DNA of 64,000 nucleotides from Yuukianura sp. NJ FZ-2021 (Eukaryota). The stretch lies in NCBI GenBank assembly GCA_046563655.1, contig CM102290.1, positions 7,378,001-7,442,000 of the forward strand, read 5' to 3'. Below, piece by piece: positions 39,565 to 53,600 of the stretch (positions are counted from its first letter, which is position 1; the number at the start of each line of letters is the position of its first letter). Under the pieces are notes generated by a model. That model had not been told where the DNA came from. It did no database searches and saw only the letters and a list, made by a program, of their open reading frames with translations. The translations under genes and the position numbers were made by a program.

Positions 39565-39916
39565 GGAAAAATTGTACCTCACCCGGCTAACTCCGATTTT
39601 TTTTATATTTTTTTTTCCTAAAACACCATAGTGACCCCTGATCAGGAAAATATAATTTTGTTGACCCGCTCTCAAAAACCTACTCTAACCTAACCCAACC
39701 TTACTCTTAAAGACTTCATGGTGAATCCTGTTACACAATGCTACCGCACCCTCATGCCAATTGCACGTGGTGCGGCATAGATTAAAACGTTTGCCAAAAT
39801 TTCGGTTAGGTTAGAGCGGGTAAAAAAAATTATATTTTTATGTTCAGGGGTCACTAGGGTATTTTAGAAATAAAATAAATAAAATAGGAGTTAGCCGGGT
39901 AAAGTACGATTTTACC
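39565..39916. mobile_element. MITE with long TIRs, GG termini and an 8-bp TSD (Merlin-like)
   Basis: Perfect TSD TTCAAAAG at 39557-39564 and 39917-39924. TIRs GGAAAAATTGTACCTCACCCGGCTAACTCC / GGAGTTAGCCGGGTAAAGTACGATTTTACC extend imperfectly for ~100 bp, including TAGTGACCCCTGA / TCAGGGGTCACTA. Confidence 0.85.
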
Positions 39917-40565
39917 TTCAAAAGAGTTCCACCATCTAAAACTAGAAGTTTCTACCACAAAATGAAAACGAAAACTTTGTTATGCTAAGTTATTGATTGT
40001 ATTACGTTGGCTTTTACTTTATAATTGTTACAAAAGGTGTCACAAAAAAACACAAAACCTTATCCGAAAATAAAATAATTAGGTATGATAAGCAATATAC
40101 AAATGGATTGGTTTATACATTGATGAGGTTTAAATTCACTGGTAATTTATACCCACCGTAATTTTTATTGAAGGAAACAATGCACGATATTTGGACGGTA
40201 TACCGATAATATCGTTCTGTGATTCTCGTTCTCAGCCCCTCAACCTCATTGGGTCCCTTTGATCAGCTGATCTCAGAGTTTGAAATAACAGCTGGGTATT
40301 TCACTGTACATTGCATTGGATGAAGACTCTAATCGTCCAATCATGTGAGTGAATGCCACTGTCAGGGCAATTGAAAGGTCATCTTCGACCACTGACAGCA
40401 ACTGATCATTTCTTCAACGCTATACCGCCGGAGCCAATTGACAAGCAAGTATATTGACTTCGTCATCGTTACTACGTAAGTACTTACCCCACCCGAATTA
40501 ACAAAACAGCAGCGAAGTATCTGCCGCTTACATTAACGACCTATTTTTTTTTATTCCAGATCATC

Positions 40566-42978
40566 ATGTCACTGGTGAAGCAAAGCATTCAACGGCTTGT
40601 CAATCATAAGCAACTCATTCGCAACTCAACAGCAGTATTTTCTCCTCCGAAAACCACTGCTGGCTGTGGATATAATTATTATCATGACGGAATGTTGGAT
40701 TCCAAAAAATCCGTCTTCGCCAAACACTTAAGACATAATTACTTTGTCAGCAACAGTCGAGGTTTTACTTCCAATTGTACCAGTGTTGATTGTAAGGAAT
40801 TGGAGTGAATATTCACTTTATATCGATTTGTAAACTAGGTTAATTCTCGTTCCTTTTTGTTGTAGCATCTGCTGGTCTTACTGAAGAGCAAGTCCAAATG
40901 CAGCAAGTTGCCTTGGACTTTGCGAATAATGAACTTAAACCGAATATGGCTGAATGGGACGAAAAGGTAGTCGTTAGTAGATTGTGGTTATTTATAGCCA
41001 GACTGCATTTTAATTTTACCAAATGTTCAGCAAATTTTTCCAGTGGAGGCTCTAAGAAAAGCAGCATCTCTTGGTTTCGGAGCAATTTACGCAAGAGAGG
41101 AGTTTGGCGGCTCTGGACTAAGTCGACTGGATGCTTCGATCATTTTCGAAGCTCTAGCTCAAGGATGCGTGTCAACCACAGCTTTTATCAGCATTCATAA
41201 GTGAGTGTCGTGGACATAACCTTTAGATCTTTACTTGATCGCAGCATTGACAATTGCAATTTTGATTGAAGTATGTGTTCGTGGATGATCGACACGTTTG
41301 GTACGAACGTTCAACGTGAGCGTTGGGTCCCGAAGCTAGCTACAATGGACAAGATTGCTTCTTATTGCTTAACGGAACCAAACAGCGGATCTGATGCAGC
41401 ATCTCTGACAACCACTGCCAAAAAATCAGGAGAACACTACATTTTGAATGGTTCTAAGGTAGATTCAATTCAATCCAATAATATACTATATACTCCAAGT
41501 TCTTACGTCTGATAGGCTTTCATCAGCGGTGGAGGAGATTCGGATATCTACGTCGTTATGTGTCGCACTGGCGAGAATTCACCGAAAGGAATTTCTTGCG
41601 TCGTTGTTGAAAAGGGCACACCAGGACTCAACTTTGGTAAGAAAGAAAACAAGATGGGGTGGAACTCACAACCCACACGAGCCGTCATTTTTGAAGACTG
41701 CAAAATTCCTACGGAAAATCTTATTGGACAAGAGGGCGAGGGATTTACATTTGCAATGAAAGGACTGAATGGCGGGCGAATCAACATAGGTAGTTTTCTA
41801 CCGTTCTTTCTCATTTTCTTTATTAGATTAACTAGTAAAAAACTAATCCATACCTCTTTAAAATTATCTTTCCTATAGCTTCTTGTTCTTTGGGAGCTGC
41901 GCATGCCAGCATCGAGGCTGCGAAGAATCACATGCAACAGCGAAAGCAGTTTGGAAAGCCTCTCTCCAGTTTTCAGGTATGTTGGGAATGAATTCCAATC
42001 CCCACATTGAAACGAATGTGATTTTTATTTTTAACAACAGACTACAAAAATGATCTGATTATGTAATTGCAAACCAGTTTTTCTTGCATTCTTTGAGAAC
42101 ACCCAATTTCATCGAATGAAATACAACGAAGCGAATTTCCCCGCAACCAGTTACAAGAAAAATTGAACTACAATGAAAGTAGAATTTACTACGAAATTTT
42201 TAATACAACGAAGGAGATATAGGCACAAAGTGAACCTAAGCAAAAAAGTTTAATCACTATTGTCCAGTTAATAACCTAACACCGTGCGCTCGGCTTGGGA
42301 AGGTATACGTGAATTCATTGAATGAAACCGGTTTACCAGCTTGATGTTCTGCTTTTTCATTCAGTGCACTTATATTTTCCCAAACCGAAGGTGTGGTGTT
42401 AAGTTATTAACTGGAATAGAGTAATTAGAGATTCTTCGTTAAGTTCAGTTGAATCTATATCTCCTTCGTTGTATTAAAATTTTCGTAGTAATTCTACTTT
42501 AGTTTAAGTGGTTTCGAGGAAATTCGCTTCGTTGTAATTCATTCGATGAAATGACATGTGACCTTCCTATTAGCACAATCAATTCAAGTTGGCAAAAATG
42601 GCGACAGACTTAGTTGCCTCTAGGCTAATTGTCCGCAACGCTGCCGTTGCAATTGACACCGACCATCCTGATGTTGTTAGCCTTTGTAGTATGGCCAAGA
42701 TGTTTGCGACAGACAAATCCTTTGAGGTAAGGTATATTTACTTTGTAATTATTTTGGCAACGAAATACCTCCAAAGGCAGAAACAAATGAATGTTTTCCA
42801 TTGTAACTATTTTGTCTCCTAGATTGTGAACTCAGCTATGCAAATGCACGGGGGCTACGGATACTTGAAAGATTTTCCAATTCAACAGTACCTAAGGGAC
42901 GTTCGTGTTCACCAAATTCTAGAAGGAACAAATGAAGTGATGCAAATGGTCATTTCCCGCCATCTTCTGTCAAAATAG
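40566..42978 (+). CDS. ACAD8: Isobutyryl-CoA dehydrogenase, mitochondrial (acyl-CoA dehydrogenase family member 8); 8 coding exons plus a 5'UTR intron at ~40476-40559
   Basis: [141 protein letters not shown]. Stop TAG at 42976-42978. Confidence 0.95.
42106..42552. mobile_element. Foldback MITE (near-whole-length inverted repeat, ~447 bp) in an ACAD8 intron
   Basis: ATTTCATCGAATGAAATACAACGAAGCGAATTTCC pairs with GGAAATTCGCTTCGTTGTAATTCATTCGATGAAAT. Inner blocks also pair (TTTTAATACAACGAAGGAGATATAG; CCAGTTAATAAC; TGAATGAAA), leaving a ~30-nt loop. Confidence 0.85.
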
Positions 42979-44685
42979 TCAAAAAAAAAATTCCTACGTC
43001 AAAACTTAAAAGAATCAAAACCCCTAGTCGAATCTCTAATTGGAAATCAAGTAACAACTATTTTTCCCAATAGAAAACAAATAAATTCCACCAGTATCTA
43101 TTTTTGTTAACTACAAAATGTTGCAATTTTTTTTTCAATGAACTTGAGCACAAATTACTAGCTATTTTGTTCTCATTTAAAAGTTTGGTGTCTCCCTCTG
43201 TAGAACGAAAACTTCGCATGTGCAAAACGTTGATTGACTTTTAAGTACTCCGCTACAGTCGATGGTTCCCTGCGCGTAAAACTTTGAGATAGATAAACTT
43301 GAAATATATTTTAAAATGTAAACATTCTAACTTTTAATGAATAGTAGTTACTTTTAGTGAATTCAAAGAAAAATTAAGCTGTTGCAATGTGTTGCCCTAC
43401 ATGTTTCCGTTTAGAAAAAAAACAGGAACAAACAATCAGAGTAACATGAAAAGAAACGCCGCCGCTACGATTGTGTTAAAAATAAAAGGAAAACCCTGTT
43501 TTTCTTTACTCTTTCTGGATTAAAACGGAAATGTTTAGATGCTAAACAGACTCAAATGGCAAAAACCTCTGTAGGACACCCAAGCTGTTCCATTTTACAT
43601 GGATTTTCTATAGTCCATTACTAAACAATTGGGGGAATTTAGTTTAAAAGTCTCCTATTCCAAAACTATAACTGTGAAGATGAAGATGCAATTTGTTATC
43701 TTCATAGCCTCATACTACGGTTTAATTTTCCGAGTTTATAAGCCGTGCAGAATTTACACTATGAGGTGGCTGCTTTTTTAAATCGCCGTACACCAGACCA
43801 AGGCAAACGACAATACAATTTTTGTAACACACGAATCAAGATACAAGGTGAACCAGACCTCTTGGCAAAAGCCTAACATCGACATCCCCTAACTTTAATA
43901 GGATTTGTTATGTCTGTTGTACACTAGGCCAACAGAAAAACCATCACGAAACCACTATACGGTTCGTTGGGTAGTACTGGATACCAAGTTGGTATTACCA
44001 ACTCCTATTCCTTCATTAACTTCCAACCAACCTGTTTCATTTTTTGCAAAAATTTATTTTTTGCACACACGCTCCGGCCGTCCTTCCTTGCAGAACTTAT
44101 TTTTCTTTTTTTCCAAATCGGTTGTATTTTCCAATCTCAGTCATTTCCTATTGATACTTTGATTTTTTTGGAGAAAGAATCTCAGAATTTGGGATAAAAA
44201 AGCTAAAAGACTAAACAAATTTTTCCTAGAGATTTTGGCAACTTTTTCCGTTTTGGCAAAGTACAACAACCATAACTGCTTGCTACATTTCTTGTGTCTG
44301 TTCTAATATTTCTTAGTTGAAATTTCTTTGCCAAAAATGAACTCGTGCGGGTCATTGAGGCCGTGGAAGTTGGAAGTGCAAAGTTGTGGTTTGTCATTGT
44401 CAATTATTGTCATCGTGTTCTGAACGGGAAAGTTGACAGTTGCTTGGTGGTAATGGTTGCAGGCTAAAATTTGAACTAAGAATAGTTTTAGTTAAAAAAA
44501 ACTAAACAAGTGAGAACGTATTAATTAGCGGTGTTGATTAGTTGTGGTGTGGCCTTAATGAAATAAGGAATGCCAACTCCGAAGTTTATACCATGACAAA
44601 GACGAGATAGCGCTGTAGAAATCAAGCGCTGTAGACAAGTGAAAGTGACGCTGACTTAAAACTTGAAAAGGCTTCAAAGTGAACC

Positions 44686-47600
44686 ATGGAGGGGTCAAAT
44701 GTCAAAATTTTGAGATTTGGTGACGTTGTGAGCATTTTTGGCGAAGGTCAAACTACCGGTTTCCTAAGCACGTTAGGGTAAGGAATCTAAAATATTTTGA
44801 TTACGAGTTTGCAGAAAGTATGTTATTGTGGTTACAAAATATTTTTGCAACTTTTGCAAATTTTTGCAACCTTTGTTAATGCCGCTCTGCAGATCAGTGG
44901 ATGACAGATGCGTTGTTTGTCCAAAGAGTGGTGACCTTCAGTCCCCACCGAAAAAGTTTCGAGGTCAGTTTTCCAAAATATTTCTTTGACTGTTTCAACA
45001 TGACAATTTTTTTTTAGAAAAGATGATATTTTTTTAGATTGTTGGTTCAAACTCTGTCCAGCGTTGCGCTATTCAGCTCAACAACAATACTGGCACGCCT
45101 CTAGGACCAATATTTCTTCAAGGACTGAAGACGAGGCTAACCTTATGAACAGTCTTCATGTGAGTTGTTATTATTTAAAAATTTCATATTATTATTCATT
45201 ATAATAGTTTTATTTATATACAAGTCTTTGGATTCATTTTAATAGCATGCTGCTGAATTGGAAAAAGAACAAAATGAGAAAGATACAACGAAGAAAATGG
45301 GAGTTCCGCTGGTCTACGGCGTTAACGTTCAAGTAAACTAAATGAAAAATTAACATCAATAAATGTAATTTAGTTGAAAAAATAATTGAGTAATGAGAAA
45401 TGAAAATTGTTTTTCCATTTCAGTTGTTGCACATGAAGTCGAAGAAATTCTTGACTGTGAACCGTAGAATTCCAGCAAAGTCTGACAAATTGGCGATGCG
45501 AGTTTACTTTGATCGCCAAGGAAATGAAGATTCCTGGTTCCAGATCTCACCATCTTACAACTACCGAACCGTGGGAGACTCTGTGATTGCTAATGACGAA
45601 GTGATCTTGTGTTCTGCTGGACAGACGCAACGATGTCTTCATGCCTCTGAAGAGTTCTTAAGTGATAATCCAGGAAGTCATGAGGTCAACTCATCAGCAG
45701 CTACGCCCTTTACTTCCTGGCGACTGGTATTGTATTTGACCTATTCCGAAAACGTTCCAAAAATTTTGAAAGGTGGAGATGTCGTTCGGCTGTTCCATGT
45801 TGAAAAAGAGAGATTCCTGACCCTGGATGCTTACAAATCGGTTCAATATGTCTTTCTGAGAACAACAATGAGAGCTTCAGCTACTTCTGCTACTTCGAGT
45901 AAAGCTCTCTGGGAAGTAGAGGTAAACAATTCAAAATAATTTAATCCTACTTGACATTTGACTTTTAATCAAAATCATTGATTTGTAAATTAACAGGTAC
46001 TGCAAAGCGAGCCATGTCGTTCTGGAGCTGGCTACTGGAATTCTCTGTATCGCTTGAAACACATGGCCACCGGCCTTTACATAGCCGCCGATCTCAACAA
46101 TGCCAACTACCGACAGTCTATGGACAGCGATGGTAAGGAAATTACCGTATGAATTGTAATTAATAATTAATAATAAGTCGTACGTATTGGATTTTGGAAT
46201 TTTGATCACTGAAGTTTGAATTGATTTGCTTTTCAGCTTCCGCAAGTAGTGAAGAGTACCTGATACTTCCGGTTGGCTTGAATGGGACGGAAGGAGCCGT
46301 CTTTGAATTTTGCCCCACGTCAGCCGAAAGTGAAGACTCCGTTGTACCTGAATCCTCTTTCGTGCGCTTGCGCCAAGCTAGTACAAAAACGTGGGTCGGA
46401 GCCACTGACGATCCAATTGATATCGAAGAGGGGTCAAAACCTGTGATGCACAAAGTGAGAAATTAAACTTACATTTAACTTAATATTGATCTGGAAAGTT
46501 TATTAAAACAGTTTTAAATTGTAGTTAAGCTGCACATCGACGCGGAGAGACGAAGAAGCATTTGCTGTAGTACCTGTTCCTCCTGACGAAGTTCGGGACC
46601 TCGACTTTGTCAACGACGTTTCAGAAGTTTTGAAGGATTTTTGCCATAAGTTGGAAGTGGGCAGTGTCACATCGAACGATAGACGGTAAGCCTCGTTTTG
46701 TGTTTTTTGTTTGTTTGCATGTTCAATTGAAATATTTTTTAAATTGGGTTTCAGAATTGCTTGTCATGTTTTGAAAGAAGTGATTTTCTTCATTGCCGAA
46801 TCAGACTCAAGTCATGTGAATTTGGATCCGCTGGATTTTGTCGCCGACCGTGTTTCCAGAGATCGCCAGAAACTTCTTCGAGAACAATTTCTTCTCAAGT
46901 ACATTTTTCAAATTTTGAAGGTAAGCTGAATTTTTGGAACAAAGACTATACCTCAGCACAATTGAACTCTACTAAAAACATAGTCGGTGATACTTCGTTT
47001 TAGGTTCCACTGGAAGAATCCACAGGTAGCCTTCGTGATAATTTTCAAGAACCCGACGGGTCAATCAAGGTCAAATGGAAATACACGTTTCGACTCTGCT
47101 ACAGAGTCCTTTGCCTTAGTCAAGAAGACTACCGAAAAAATCAGGTTGGCAAATCTTAAAAAGTATTCCGGTTTTCATGAAATCAAAGTCATTTTTGAAC
47201 AGGAATACATTGCCAAACACTTTGGATTTATGCAAAAACAAATTGGCCTTGACATTCACGCCGAAGAAACAATCACTGCTTTAGTACACAACAACCGAAA
47301 ACTACTGGAGAAGCACATTACCCAGAAGGAGGTCAATACGTTCATTGGTCTTCTGGCAAAGAATATTGGCAAATGGGACTACCGCTTTCTGGATCATCTC
47401 TCTGACCTTTGCGTTTCAAATAAAACTGGAATTCCAAGTACACAGAAGATCATTTGCAGTTGTTTGCTACGTGGACCAGAGACGACTAATATTCTACTAG
47501 AAGCGAGGTAACAAGTTTTTATTGTGCGATTTAAACAAAATCTAGATGAATGTTATAGAATTTTATAATTTCTGATTTAGAATGAAAAACGCTCAAGAAA

Positions 47601-50600
47601 TCCGCCATTTTCAAGATCCTAGATGGTACGAAAAGTTAACTGCTGAAGTGATGCTGTACATATCCGGCTATCAGGTACTAATTATCGTCAGATTAATTGC
47701 TAAATCTTTAATGCCAATTTTGAATTTGGTTTATTTGAACAGAAAAAAAGTATTTCTGAACTTGCCCTTAAAGCCAGTTTGGGTTTTGGAGAAGACGCTG
47801 CCATTTTAAAGTATTATTGTCACCAATTGGATCTGTTCTCAAACATGTGCTTGGGGAGGCACAATTTGAGCATTCGGGAACTATCCCCAAAGTTGGATGT
47901 AAACTTACTTCTTTGGTAAATTTATCAATTACTAATTAGCAAACTAAGAATCAATTTACATTATTCCATATCCCATTTAGGTGCATCTCTGCTGAAACAC
48001 TGCCATTTGAACTTCGAATCTCTTGTTGTCGTCTGGTGCGACATCTTCATGTTGACGTAGAACCGCAGGAAGAGGAACGAAAAGTTTCCCTGTCCAGGCC
48101 TTGGTGGAACGTTCCAAGAGAAATTTCAATCGAGGAGTAAGAATTTGTTTCTCTTTTAGACTTTTAGTTTTTGATTGAAATTTTTTTTTAGATACGACAA
48201 TGAACACAAAACACGGAATGCCATGAAGGCTTCTCAGATGAAAAAGTTTGAGTCGACTATGATTTTTATTGAGAACTACTTACATGATGTCGCTAAAAAA
48301 GGAGATTTTCAAAATATTTTACACAATAAACTTTCTGTAGAGGTATCACAAGTTAATAGAAGCCAAAAGCCTTGTTGGTAACAGAATTTTGGTTGTTAAA
48401 AGTAAAAAACGAATATTTTGAAATACTTTTCTAGATTTTGAAACTTGCCAAGGACTTTGCTCGCTTTGGATTTTATGGAATTGGTCCCCTCAACCACCTT
48501 CGCACAAGATTGATGACAATCCTTGCTCCACTTTGTAGAGAACCAATTACTCAGATTATGCCACGTGAGAATTTCAAAAATTAAATTCGGAAATTTTTAA
48601 CAGTAAACGTGTTTTTTTTTAAAATCAGGACGGGAAGGTGAAATTTCCAAACCTGAAAGTAGCCCTGAACAGACTAACAAGGCGGAAGATGAGAATAACT
48701 TGGTTTTGATGGAAATGAAAGTCATTATTCTGGAAATTTACGAGGTATAACACCTAATTTTAGCTCTCAGACGTTTTTCTAATTGTTAATTCGTTACAAT
48801 TTTCTGTTGAATTTTTCCCCAAGTACATCCATGAAGTGATTCTGGATTATCGGCTTACCTATTTGCTTACATGTCTAAAACAAGCATCAGACAACGGAAC
48901 GAATTTGGCAGAAATGGATGTTGAACGGTTTACGGAATATTTTGAGGCTTCTGTTCTCATTTGGTACAACTAACCCTATAAATTACTTTTAACTCAAATT
49001 TTAATTCAGATATCTTCTGTTCAGAATTTTTAATTATGCTTTCGTATTTTAGCGAAGACGACGCGGAGTTCCTCAAACTTTTGCTTTGCAGCATCTCCAG
49101 TGCTCATTATGCCCTTTTCAAAAGTGCAATCAAGCTGCTGATGACCATATTCAACCAAAGACGAAGGCTGTTTAATGTTTTTGAAAAAGTAAAAAAAATC
49201 GTTTTTTTTTTTAATTTTCAGCGTTATTTATTACTACTTTGTATTTATTTTTTAGACTCAAATATTGTCGAGCAAATCTGACGCCGACATGCTGAAACTG
49301 ATCAAATGTCAACTGGAGCCAATTTCTGCTTCAATAAAAACTGCCAAGAGTAGTCTCAATGAATTGAGTAAACAACTTAAAACGCAAGTAAGTAGATTTG
49401 AATGAGCAGTCAATGATGTTTAGCAATGGTAAAGTTTGAATTAACTGCAGCAGAGCATTGATGATGGTGGAGACGATGCCCTGGAACCTTCAAATTCAAT
49501 TGTGGAAGATCATACTCTTGGAGGTCATTTGTCGCAGTCTCGTGAGGATTCAACGCTGTCAGCGCGTCCAAGTACTCTCACACGTACACAATCTCTCAAG
49601 TACCCACTTATGGCTCACACTTCTTCAATCACAGAGGTCAATACAAACTTCTTAAACAGGGTTTCATTGAAATTTAATCAAGGTTTTGCAAAGTTTTTTT
49701 TAGGTTTGGAATTGGTTGCATGTGACCTTGACCTATTTATGTTCACAACTTATCTAGGTATTGAGGCAGTTGAAACGGCTGTGCGTCAACTTGGCTCCTG
49801 ATGGCACCGTTACAAACAATCGACAGAATCAGTATCTTCTCCGAGAGAACAAAGTTGAAGCTACGATTGTCCAAGTTCTCAAATTACTCAAAGAACAAAA
49901 GGAAGATCCACCACTGCAACTTCAGCAAGAAGTTAGCGAATTCTTTGAAGCATATTGTGATGGAAATGAGGAAAACCAGGCAGCGCTGGCCACGCACATT
50001 GATACTTTGGTTGGAATGCACGTAAGCTGCTTTTTTGTACTTTTTTTAATCGAAAAGACAGTTAATTCGATGTTTGGAAATTAAAAATAGGCGGGAGAGG
50101 CAGCGGCCATACGCGTTGTATATGAAAACAACATCAGTCTATGTGCCACTGTCAAGGACAGTACCATTGAGTACTTGGTCAAAAAAGTTTTTTCGAGAGA
50201 CGCAAAACGACAACCAGCTTCTGACTATTTGGTCACTATTCAAAGCATTGTTTGTCCCAAACAATGTATTGTTCGTAGAAATCAAGAAACTGTCGTCTAT
50301 CAGGTACAATTCAAACTCAACAATTAATTAATACTGTACAATTGTAATTTTAATATCAAAAATGTACAGCTAGCAATTTTCCATGAAGACGTCGTTCATT
50401 TCCTTGGATTTGACATGGACAAAAGTCGTGAAACGGCCGCTTATGCCTTCCCAAACGAAATCGAGAAACTGAAGTATATCTTTTATTGTTAAAATTTTGA
50501 TATGGAAAGTTGTTTTGAATTAAAATTTATGAATGTTATAAATTTTAGATTCCACAAAGAACTGGTTTCGCTTCTGACTTATTGTACCATTGGGAAAAAC

Positions 50601-53600
50601 GTCTACACGGAATCCATGTGTCAGTCGCTACTTCCTTTGGATCGGATTGTAACTGTTCTCTGCAGTATAGAATATCCATTGGAGGTAATTCTAGAAAAGA
50701 GAGTGTATGATTTGTTGCCCAATTTAGTTTTTTAAATTTTGAAAAAGTAAGTTTTGCGATATAGTACAGTCAAGTATTTCGTTTCTTTAGGTAAAAGAAG
50801 CGTACGTGTCTTTCCTACTTCATTCGTTCCTCGTAACCGAAGTGGATGTACGGAGCGTTTACAGTTCAAACAGAATGTGGACAATGTTTGAAAATCACTT
50901 TTTACCAGAAATCATTAACATTGCCAATGCTCCACTTCGTGAAGCCGAGGCAGACGTTCGAAGTCAAAGTTATGTCTACGAATGTATTATTCCTATCGTC
51001 AAATTATTTTTTGAAAGAATTTTAAAACATGCTCCGGGAGTCATCCTGGTAAGTTTAAATTTCGAAAACAAAATTTTGTCCAACTAGTTCATAGGGTTCC
51101 GTTTAAATTACAAATTTTAGGGTCACAAAGACGTTTACACAAACTTGCTAATGGCAATTTATCGCCTCACTCACACAAAATGGATTCATCCTACCAAGCT
51201 TTATGCTGTGCAAAAATGTCTCAACGTTATGTACCCGGCGGGTAAAAAAGTTATCAAACGATTTATAGAAAGTTATTTGCTTGCAATTTACAAAATCTTT
51301 TTTAAACTTTTAGTCACCGCTCGACTCATTAGACTTCCTTCGTACATAACTCGAGAAATTGAGAACAGTTCTAGTCAATTCTTGTGTGAAGTAAATCGAC
51401 GGGCGAAGTGGATTTTCATGATGGATTTTGACAAGCCAAAGGAAATTCTCGATGAGGTGTGTTTTTGAAAACAAAATTTATATTCATACAGAAAATTTTG
51501 AAAAAGCTTTTGTTAATTGCATTTTCTTCAAAAAACAATAGCCTTCTAAGGCACCTACCGATGTCACCCTACAGTCTCAAGTACTACTGAAGAAAGTTAC
51601 TCCGTTGATTGAAGATATGATCAACAGTGAAACGACAGCACTTACTGACGTTCTAGCTAGAGAGGATAAACACTTTATTGAACAGTTAGATTCACAAACT
51701 TTCCGCTTGTTTTTTTTCCTCAAATTGTGGAAAGTTTTTAACTAATTTGTTTTCTACACAGGTTTATTTCGCATGCTGAGAGGTTAGCAGACGAAAGTGA
51801 AAGTCAGCTCTGCGTTCAAATCCTTCACGTCCTTCAGGACATTCTGTCACGCAAAGAAATTCGTACGGAGAAAGTAAGATGCCTACATTTTGTATTTGTT
51901 TTAATTTTTTTTTACCATATTTAGCAAAACTTAAAAAAAGTCTATTTTGGCCACGGTTACCAAAATCTTGGTGAAAACGTGTTGTAGACTTTTTGTGCTT
52001 CTAAGTGCTAAAACTTCAACTTTGCCTAGAATTGGTGCTATTAAGGATGAGTGTCGAGTATATTTATAGAACTAATGAGCCACATTTAATTTGTTCTTTG
52101 TTTCTATTTTTACAGGGAAAAGCCGTTCACAAGGCGAAACTTGAAAAATACTTGGGTTCTGGGAATATGTCATCTCCAATGTTCGCTAGTCTTGGAAAAG
52201 TCAAGTCCTCCGGATGTACGTATCAGCTAAACACTGTTCTAAATTGGATCTTTTAATTGGAATAAATCTCCAAGGCCTAATTAAGTCTAGGGAGCATGTC
52301 CATGGCTTCACATTTTGCGGACTGTGACAATGGAGGCGTGGATTGAGCTCCTTTGATCCAGTCTCAAGAGTCATCTAATGAATTCTTGGTTTCTCATTCC
52401 AGGGCAGGGAGAGTCTGCCGACGCCCATTACATTCTGGATCAACTTGGAGCGTCGAGATTAGTTGTAATGCTACTGACGAAACTGGATAAAGCACCGGAT
52501 GTGTTGCAGCAGTCCATCAATTTGGGAATCTCGCTTCTCAGTGGAGAGACTGTCGAACTTCAGCGCAGCTTCTACCAACACTTGGCCTCATGTTCCAAAA
52601 ATCATAACTTTATGAAGGTCTGTAACTTTCACATCATTGTCATCCACGATCTGAACCCAATGCCCTATGGGACTCATGACACTTCAACATGCTTCTTTAT
52701 TATCAAATAGCTTTCAATTTCAACGTTATGATTTAGATATCGGAGAATTTAATTGAACGTCGAATTCTACTCCCAAAGGAGCTTAATTCCATTTCCATTT
52801 GTTAGGTTTTGCATGACGTTTTAAAAGAAGTTGGAGCCGATTTCAGAGCCGTGGCGAAAACTAAAATTAGTGACATTGCGCGTGGAGACTCCAAGGCTAC
52901 GCTGAGTCACAGTACCCTGTCCAAGGACAAACTGTCTAACAGTATGCATTGTATTTTTTAAATTACTCAGGGCAGAATGAATTTTTTGCGTTTTCAAAAT
53001 TCAGATGGACACAAGATTATGCGGGTTTCTAGTAAAATGTCGGATAATATGCTTAATGCAACAAAGGACATCGCATTGGGATTCAGATGCTTAGCAACAA
53101 TGAAAGGTAGCCCACCAATTGCAACTTTTCAAAATTTGAAGATTTTGATTTCGACTTAAAATTTCCAACTCCATTGCTTTAGGAAGTGGCGGTAATCGGA
53201 CGTCCAGCGATTCAGATTCAGAAGAGAATGATGAACTGACAGGAGTTGCAACAACAGTTTTACGTAAAGATGGATACGCCATTTCAAACATTCGGCATCC
53301 CAAAGAAACACTTGTAGAAAGTTCTCTTCGCTTTCTCCAGCTTCTATGTGAAAATCATAATTTGGAAATGCAGGTAAGCCTATATGGCTCTCGTGGGAGT
53401 CATAATTATTGACTCAACCTCAAAACGCTATTTTTCGAGGGAATTTATTAGATTCAAGATTAGGAATTCTCAGTCTCATTGCAATTAGTTACATTTTTTG
53501 ACAAAATTCAATTCAGAGATTTCTTCGTCAACAAGGGAACAAGTCCGCCTATGACCTCGTCTCTCAAACACTCGTCTTCCTAGACTGCATCTTTGATTCT

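Noticed and set aside
50474..50548. ITPR intron beginning GTATATCTTT as a possible U12-type intron
   Set aside because: It does not match the GTATCCTT U12 donor and no TCCTTAAC branch site is visible, so it is treated as an ordinary GT-AG intron.
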